Shown here: positions 55,956 through 60,746 of the stretch, in pieces
Numbering within the stretch: position 1 is the first letter of the stretch
Layout: every line of letters begins with the position of its first letter
Assembly (NCBI GenBank): GCA_029881335.1
Contig: JAOUMU010000003.1
Location: forward strand, 1 to 60,746
Length of the DNA stretch: 60,746 bases
Reading direction: 5' to 3'
Source of the DNA: Nitrospinota bacterium
GTDB taxonomy: Bacteria > Nitrospinota_A > UBA7883
Notes under the pieces: generated by a model
The model's input: only the letters and a program-made list of their open reading frames with translations
What the model was told of the DNA's origin: nothing
Databases searched by the model: none
Program-made: the position numbers and the translations under genes

Positions 55956-56726
55956 ATGCGCAAGATCATAATCGCGGGCAACTGGAAGATGAACAACACC
56001 ATAAGCCAGGCCCAGGACCTGATGGCCGCCCTGATAAAAAACGGCGGGGACATGCACAAGGTGGAGGTGATCGTGGCGCCTCCCTTCACCGCCCTTCGCA
56101 GCGTGTACGACATCCTGGGCCAGTCCAGCGTCCACATTGCCGCCCAGAACCTGTTTTGGGAGGAGTCTGGCGCCTACACTGGCGAGGTTTCCCCCATGAT
56201 GGTCAAGGAGACTGGATGTAAATGGGTGATCATCGGCCATTCAGAGCGTCGCCAACTCTTCGGCGAAACCAATGACACTGTGAACAAACGTACCACTGCC
56301 GCCCTTCGGATTGGGCTCAAACCGATAGTCTGCATCGGCGAGACATTGGAGGAGAGAGACTCCGGGCAGACCTTCGAAGTGCTCAACCGCCAACTGGAGG
56401 GAGGGCTGAAAGATCTCACAGGGGAGAATATGGCAAAGGTCTCTATCGCCTATGAGCCGGTGTGGGCCATCGGCACCGGGAAGACCGCCACCTCCGCCCA
56501 GGCCCAGGAAGCTCATGAGAAAATCAGGGCGAAGTTGGCATCCATGTTCCCCCAGGGGGTGGCGGACAAGGTCCGCATTCTATACGGCGGGTCCATGAAG
56601 CCTTCCAACGCATTGGAGCTTTTGAGCCTGCCCGATGTGGACGGTGGACTGGTGGGCGGCGCCAGCCTGAACGCTCACGATTTTATCGAGATCATAAAAG
56701 CGGGCATCAAAGCGGAGCAGTTGTAG
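55956..56726 (+). CDS. tpiA: triose-phosphate isomerase
   Basis: 256-aa ORF. IIAGNWKMN, IIGHSERR, AYEPVWAIGTG. Confidence 0.95.
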   Translation: MRKIIIAGNWKMNNTISQAQDLMAALIKNGGDMHKVEVIVAPPFTALRSVYDILGQSSVHIAAQNLFWEESGAYTGEVSPMMVKETGCKWVIIGHSERRQLFGETNDTVNKRTTAALRIGLKPIVCIGETLEERDSGQTFEVLNRQLEGGLKDLTGENMAKVSIAYEPVWAIGTGKTATSAQAQEAHEKIRAKLASMFPQGVADKVRILYGGSMKPSNALELLSLPDVDGGLVGGASLNAHDFIEIIKAGIKAEQL

Positions 56727-56771
56727 GTTTGTGTCGACTTCAATTGTGGATATGATGGTGGAGATTACTCA

Positions 56772-57893
56772 ATGAATCAAGAACCATTTTTACGTCCTCG
56801 CCTTATGGGTCCTCGATTTGAAGGGCATGCCATTCCGTTGGAATTCTTAAGAGATTTGGCTGTGCTTGACGAAATGATCGTTGAGGTAGCAAAGTGGAAA
56901 TATTTACAGCGACACCAGGAACGTAAGCGTATACCTCGAGGTTTCACAAAGGGTATTGAGTTGAAGCTTGAAGGTCTGGAGGATGGTAGCGCTATTGTAG
57001 TTATCAGCTTATTTGTTTCTTCAATGACGCTGCTACCTCCTGAAAACAAGCAATACTTTACTGAGGCGAAGGATTCCATAGTCGCCGCTATCGAAGCGGC
57101 GGATCAAAACAAACCAATTATTAATGATTTGCCGGAATCCGCCTTGAGTTATTTTGATCGCATAGGTAGGAGCCTTCGAGATGGTGAGTCGATTGAGTTT
57201 GACACTAACGTACCTTCAAAACCGGCAAGACTTACTAAAGAAAGTCGACATGCGCTACTTTCTGCTACAAAGTTAAAAGAATTCACGGATGAAACGACTA
57301 TCATTGGAACTATACCAGAGGCTGATCAGGATAATCTGACTTTTGAAATTCAGATGAATGACAAACGAAAAGTAAAGGCGCCTTTGGCCACACAACACCA
57401 GGATGTTATCCTTGAAGCCTTTAATGGATACAAAACCGGTGCTAGAGTGCAACTACAGGGGATAGGTAAATATTCCAGAGAAGGTAGACTCAAGGGTTTT
57501 GAATCTATTGAACATGTTAGCGCTCTTGATCCCTTGGATATTTCTGCTCGTCTAGATGAACTGCGCACCTTGAAAGCTGGATGGCTTGATGGCAAAGGAC
57601 TAGCTCCTAGACATGATGAACTAGATTGGCTGGCTAGAGAGTTCGAAAATAAATACCCAGATGGTCTGCCTTTGCCATATATTTATCCTACAGCAGAGGG
57701 CGGGATACAAGCGGAATGGTCCTTGGAGTCGACTGAAATCACATTGGAAATTGATCTTGAAGAGCGCAGAGGTTCGTGGCATGCCATGGATTTGAACTCG
57801 GATTATGAAGAGATAAAAGACCTAAGCATGGATATTGATGATGATTGGAAGTGGATTGTTGAGCGAATCAAACAATTGAACCCGAAAACATAA
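56772..57893 (+). CDS. hypothetical protein (373 aa), AT-rich cassette gene 1
   Basis: The long ORF is the only open frame here. Codon usage is clearly more A/T-ending than in its neighbours. No Walker, nuclease or HTH motif that I can name. The C-terminal module LKAGWLDGKG ... PYIYPTAEGGIQAEWS ... ITLEIDL resembles small beta-rich partner/antitoxin-like domains. Confidence 0.68.
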   Translation: MNQEPFLRPRLMGPRFEGHAIPLEFLRDLAVLDEMIVEVAKWKYLQRHQERKRIPRGFTKGIELKLEGLEDGSAIVVISLFVSSMTLLPPENKQYFTEAKDSIVAAIEAADQNKPIINDLPESALSYFDRIGRSLRDGESIEFDTNVPSKPARLTKESRHALLSATKLKEFTDETTIIGTIPEADQDNLTFEIQMNDKRKVKAPLATQHQDVILEAFNGYKTGARVQLQGIGKYSREGRLKGFESIEHVSALDPLDISARLDELRTLKAGWLDGKGLAPRHDELDWLAREFENKYPDGLPLPYIYPTAEGGIQAEWSLESTEITLEIDLEERRGSWHAMDLNSDYEEIKDLSMDIDDDWKWIVERIKQLNPKT

Positions 57894-57894
57894 G

Positions 57895-58266
57895 ATGACA
57901 AACGACACACTGCTTCTAAGACAAGTAAATCCAACTTGGGTGCAAGAAGGCCGTGTGACTTCACAGGTATTTCGCCCCACACCTAAAGATGAAAAACTTC
58001 TTTCTGTTTATGACGGAGATAAAATCTCTGCGGAAGATGCATGGAAACATCACGTAGAAAATTACCCCTCGGTCGGCGTTATGGGTGTAACTGTGGGAGA
58101 ATGTAAAACAAATAGAGTAACCGCAAAATCTGATCCAGCGCCATTTCCTGAACATGCAGTGATTGATTATACAGGGCATGCAGAAAATCAAATTAGAAGA
58201 ATATCTAAAGAGCTTAAAGCGACCGCTGAACAACGAAACTGGTTGTATCAAGCTAATGATAACTGA
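57895..58266 (+). CDS. hypothetical protein (123 aa), AT-rich cassette gene 2
   Basis: ORF starts 1 nt after the gene 1 stop (TAAGATG). LLRQVNPTWVQEGRVTSQVFRPTPKDEKLLSVYDG ... FPEHAVIDYTG. No family recognised. Confidence 0.62.
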   Translation: MTNDTLLLRQVNPTWVQEGRVTSQVFRPTPKDEKLLSVYDGDKISAEDAWKHHVENYPSVGVMGVTVGECKTNRVTAKSDPAPFPEHAVIDYTGHAENQIRRISKELKATAEQRNWLYQANDN

Positions 58267-58313
58267 TTTTGACAATTACTTTTATAGATAGTTGATTTTA
58301 GAATTGCCCCCCT

Positions 58314-58961
58314 TCAATCCAGCTTTATCACGCCGATCTTTATGGCGTATTTCACCAGGTCGGCGCGGGTGTGGATAGCCAGCTTTTCGTGGAGGCTGGT
58401 CTGGTGGGCGCCCACTGTCTTCACGCTTATCCCCAGATGTACGGCGATCTCCTTGGCGCTGGCCCCCTCCGCCAATAGTTTCAGCACTTCCTTCTCCCGG
58501 TCGGTAAGCCGATCATAGCCGTCCGTGGCCGGGCTCAAACCTCTGTATTCCTCGATAACGGTGGACGCAATGGCCGAGCTCAGGTACGAGCCCCCCGCCG
58601 CCACTGCGCGGATGGCGGATATTAACTCATCGCTTCCAGCTGTCTTTAGAATATATCCGGAGACTCCCGCCTTTAAAAACCGCTCCACATATTCCCTGTC
58701 GCCATACTGACTTATCACGATGATTCTGGTCCGGGGGCATTGGCGGCGAATTCGCAAGGTCGCCTCCATCCCTCCCAGCCCCGGCATGGCGATATCCATC
58801 AGCGCCACATCCGGCCCCAGGGTTACTGTCTTCTCCACCGCCTCGGCGCCATCGCCCGCCTCTCCCACCACCTCCACATCATCGTGGAAAGCCAGCATGG
58901 CCGCCACTCCTTGACGTACCAAGGCGTGGTCGTCAGCTATCAAAACGCGAATCCGGCTCAT
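58314..58961 (-). CDS. NarL/FixJ (LuxR-type HTH) response regulator
   Basis: ORF 58314..58970 (GTG). ATG at 58961 lies 9 nt after AGGAGG. REC (RVLIADDHALVRQG ... DVALMDIAMPG) plus LuxR HTH (LTDREKEVLKLLAEGASAKEIA). Confidence 0.9.
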   Translation of the reverse strand: MSRIRVLIADDHALVRQGVAAMLAFHDDVEVVGEAGDGAEAVEKTVTLGPDVALMDIAMPGLGGMEATLRIRRQCPRTRIIVISQYGDREYVERFLKAGVSGYILKTAGSDELISAIRAVAAGGSYLSSAIASTVIEEYRGLSPATDGYDRLTDREKEVLKLLAEGASAKEIAVHLGISVKTVGAHQTSLHEKLAIHTRADLVKYAIKIGVIKLD

Positions 58962-60746
58962 CGCAGCCACCCTCCTTTCTTATCGGAATGGTCACCGTTA
59001 TCCGGGTTCCCCGGCCGGGGGATGTGTCTATTTCCAGCGTCCCGCAAATCTGGGCCACCCGCTCCTTCATTCCCACAAGGCCGAAGCCAGCCTCCCAACC
59101 GGTGTCGATGGTCTTGAACACCTCTTCCTTGTCGAACCCCTTCCCATCGTCGTTAACCTGGATCACCAGGGTATCCTCCTCCGCGCGTAAACTCACGGTA
59201 ACAGCTTTTGCATTTGAGTGCCTCGCAATGTTTATCACCGCTTCCTGAACCACTCTAAACAGCCGCAGCTCCGCAGCCTTGTCCAGCCTGGGGATCGAGG
59301 GCAGGGCCTGAAGAGAATATGTTATCCCCTTTTCCTCCAGGTGACTGTCCAGAAGCCAGCGGATGGAGGACTCCAGCCCCAGGTCATCCAGGGCTGGTGG
59401 CCTCAGGTCGCGGATGATTCTTTTTATCCCCCCCAGCAACTGGTTGGCCTTCGATCTGTTTTCCATCAATGCGCTCTCGGTCAGCTTATTTTCCCGAAGT
59501 TCCATGGCCGCCACTTCCAGGCTCATCCCCAATGCCGTGATGGCCTGGCTGGTCTCGTCGTGCAGTTCCCTGGCGATGCGCATCCTCTCCTCCTCCTGAG
59601 CGCGGATAACCTGGTCCAGGGTCTTGGCCAGCCTTCGTCGTTGAGCGTCCAGCTCGATGGTGCGGTCCATCACTCTCATCTCCAGGTCCACCCCGTATCG
59701 GCGGACGTTTTCCATCGCCCCGGCCAGCTTGCCGCGCATGGACTCAAAGCTTTGCGCCAGGGTGCCGATCTCGTCGTCACGGGTGAAGCTGATCGGCTCG
59801 GAGAGCTTTTCCCGAGCCAGTAACCGGGTGGCTTCTATGAGGGCATGGATCGGCTTCACAATGCTCGCCGAAAGTCCCATCGCCAGCAACGCGGAGGTGA
59901 ACGCGATTATCAGCCCCATGGCGGCGAAGGAGCCGCGCATTCCGGTGGAGGGGGCATACACCGCATCTTTAGCTTCTATCACCGCCACTCCCCACGGCGC
60001 CGCGGACAAGGGAGTGAATACCAGTATCTCGTCGCTCCGGTCCCCGGCCACTCCTTTTTTCGCGTGGCAATTGTGGCACTGCTCCACCGCAGGCTTCCCG
60101 GTGGAGATGAGCGTCGCTATATAGCGGTTATGGTCACCATGGGCCAGCACCCTCTCCGACTGGCTGGAATATATGATCACCCCGGATTGCTCAATGATCT
60201 CTATTCTTGTTCCCGCCGGGCTCTGCGCAGGCTCCAGCGCTCCGGCGAAAAGACCCAGGGCTGGATCCATTCTGCCAGCGGCCACTCCCACCGGGGCGCC
60301 ACCTTTGTCCAGCAAGGGGACCATGGCGAAGACGCTTTTATCTCCTGAGCCCACTATGGAATAAAGGTTCGATATGAACGGGCCTCTCCCCCGGAAAGCG
60401 AAATCGGCGCCGGGAATGGCGGCCAGATCGACTCCACCGGAGGCGCCGGGTGGGTATTCGGCCACCATGCGCCCATCCAGACCGACCACGAAAACACCGC
60501 CGGAGAAAATGGAGAGCCGGTGAATCCCCTCCAGCATAACCAGCCCTCCACGGTTTTCAGGTTCGGAGCCGATGAAGTCGCCGAATGGCATCCCCTCCAG
60601 CATGGCGAGGTCTTTTCGCAGCGCGTAATCGATGCTACCGGCGATCACCTGGGCCAGGGCGAGCCTTCCCTGCAACGACGACTCTATGCTTTGCCTTATC
60701 GCGAAGTGACTTACCAGCCCCATTCCGGCCAGGGTCACCAGCACAC
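58933..60746 (-). CDS. NarX/DesK-type (HisKA_3) sensor histidine kinase, N-terminus beyond the window end
   Basis: 603-aa partial ORF. Periplasmic domain, TM helix, HAMP (LAREKLSEPISFTRDDEIGTL), H-box RIARELHDETSQ, HATPase (DDGKGF, GFGLVGMKER). It overlaps the response regulator start. Confidence 0.88.
   Translation of the reverse strand, partial: VLVTLAGMGLVSHFAIRQSIESSLQGRLALAQVIAGSIDYALRKDLAMLEGMPFGDFIGSEPENRGGLVMLEGIHRLSIFSGGVFVVGLDGRMVAEYPPGASGGVDLAAIPGADFAFRGRGPFISNLYSIVGSGDKSVFAMVPLLDKGGAPVGVAAGRMDPALGLFAGALEPAQSPAGTRIEIIEQSGVIIYSSQSERVLAHGDHNRYIATLISTGKPAVEQCHNCHAKKGVAGDRSDEILVFTPLSAAPWGVAVIEAKDAVYAPSTGMRGSFAAMGLIIAFTSALLAMGLSASIVKPIHALIEATRLLAREKLSEPISFTRDDEIGTLAQSFESMRGKLAGAMENVRRYGVDLEMRVMDRTIELDAQRRRLAKTLDQVIRAQEEERMRIARELHDETSQAITALGMSLEVAAMELRENKLTESALMENRSKANQLLGGIKRIIRDLRPPALDDLGLESSIRWLLDSHLEEKGITYSLQALPSIPRLDKAAELRLFRVVQEAVINIARHSNAKAVTVSLRAEEDTLVIQVNDDGKGFDKEEVFKTIDTGWEAGFGLVGMKERVAQICGTLEIDTSPGRGTRITVTIPIRKEGGCDEPDSRFDS

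Noticed and set aside
1-60746. CRISPR arrays, prophage structural genes or integrases.
   Set aside because: No regularly spaced direct repeats were seen. There are no capsid, terminase or tail-like translations and no tyrosine or serine recombinase. The only mobile-DNA signatures are the two decayed IS3 remnants.

Overview
This is a densely coding 60.7 kb chromosomal segment from a GC-rich diderm bacterium; BamD, a LolA-like protein, a barrel OMP candidate and sigma-54 machinery are all present. All family names come from reading the translations and recalling motifs; no searches were run.

Housekeeping blocks:
- dksA-rpoZ-DUF1844, panB, a parvulin PPIase, recN, nadK and bamD.
- A minus-strand string sucC-sucD-korA-korB-ndk, plus aconitase.
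- gap-pgk-tpiA.

Accessory or unusual patches:
1. 21.2-23.9 kb: a TIGR04222-like membrane protein ends in a (Gly/Ser-Cys)x7 tail. Its stop overlaps (ATGA) the start of a radical SAM/SPASM enzyme, and a Pol-beta nucleotidyltransferase follows. This is my best candidate for an undescribed maturation system.
2. 56.7-58.3 kb: an AT-rich two-gene cassette with no recognisable domains sits between tpiA and a NarL-type two-component pair. It is a candidate toxin-antitoxin or defence module.
3. 25.7-28.7 kb: a 0.64 kb AT-rich non-coding leader precedes a lipoprotein gene that is start/stop-overlapped with a surface protein built of about 100-aa DDY...NDY repeats.
4. 30.1-33.4 kb: a C-terminally truncated DnaE-family polymerase lies beside an IS3 transposase relic. 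A second IS3 element at 37.76-38.51 kb is internally deleted but keeps both terminal inverted repeats.
5. A sodium:solute (NSS) transporter is split by a 1-nt frameshift in a C/G run, with a MetS-like micro-subunit downstream.
6. SucD carries a roughly 70-aa Lys/Ala-rich histone-H1-like tail.
7. The periplasmic part of the terminal histidine kinase contains a CXXCH motif.
8. A Lol/MacB-like ABC system is interrupted by unrelated genes and followed by a putative barrel OMP.

I found no tRNA, rRNA or CRISPR array.
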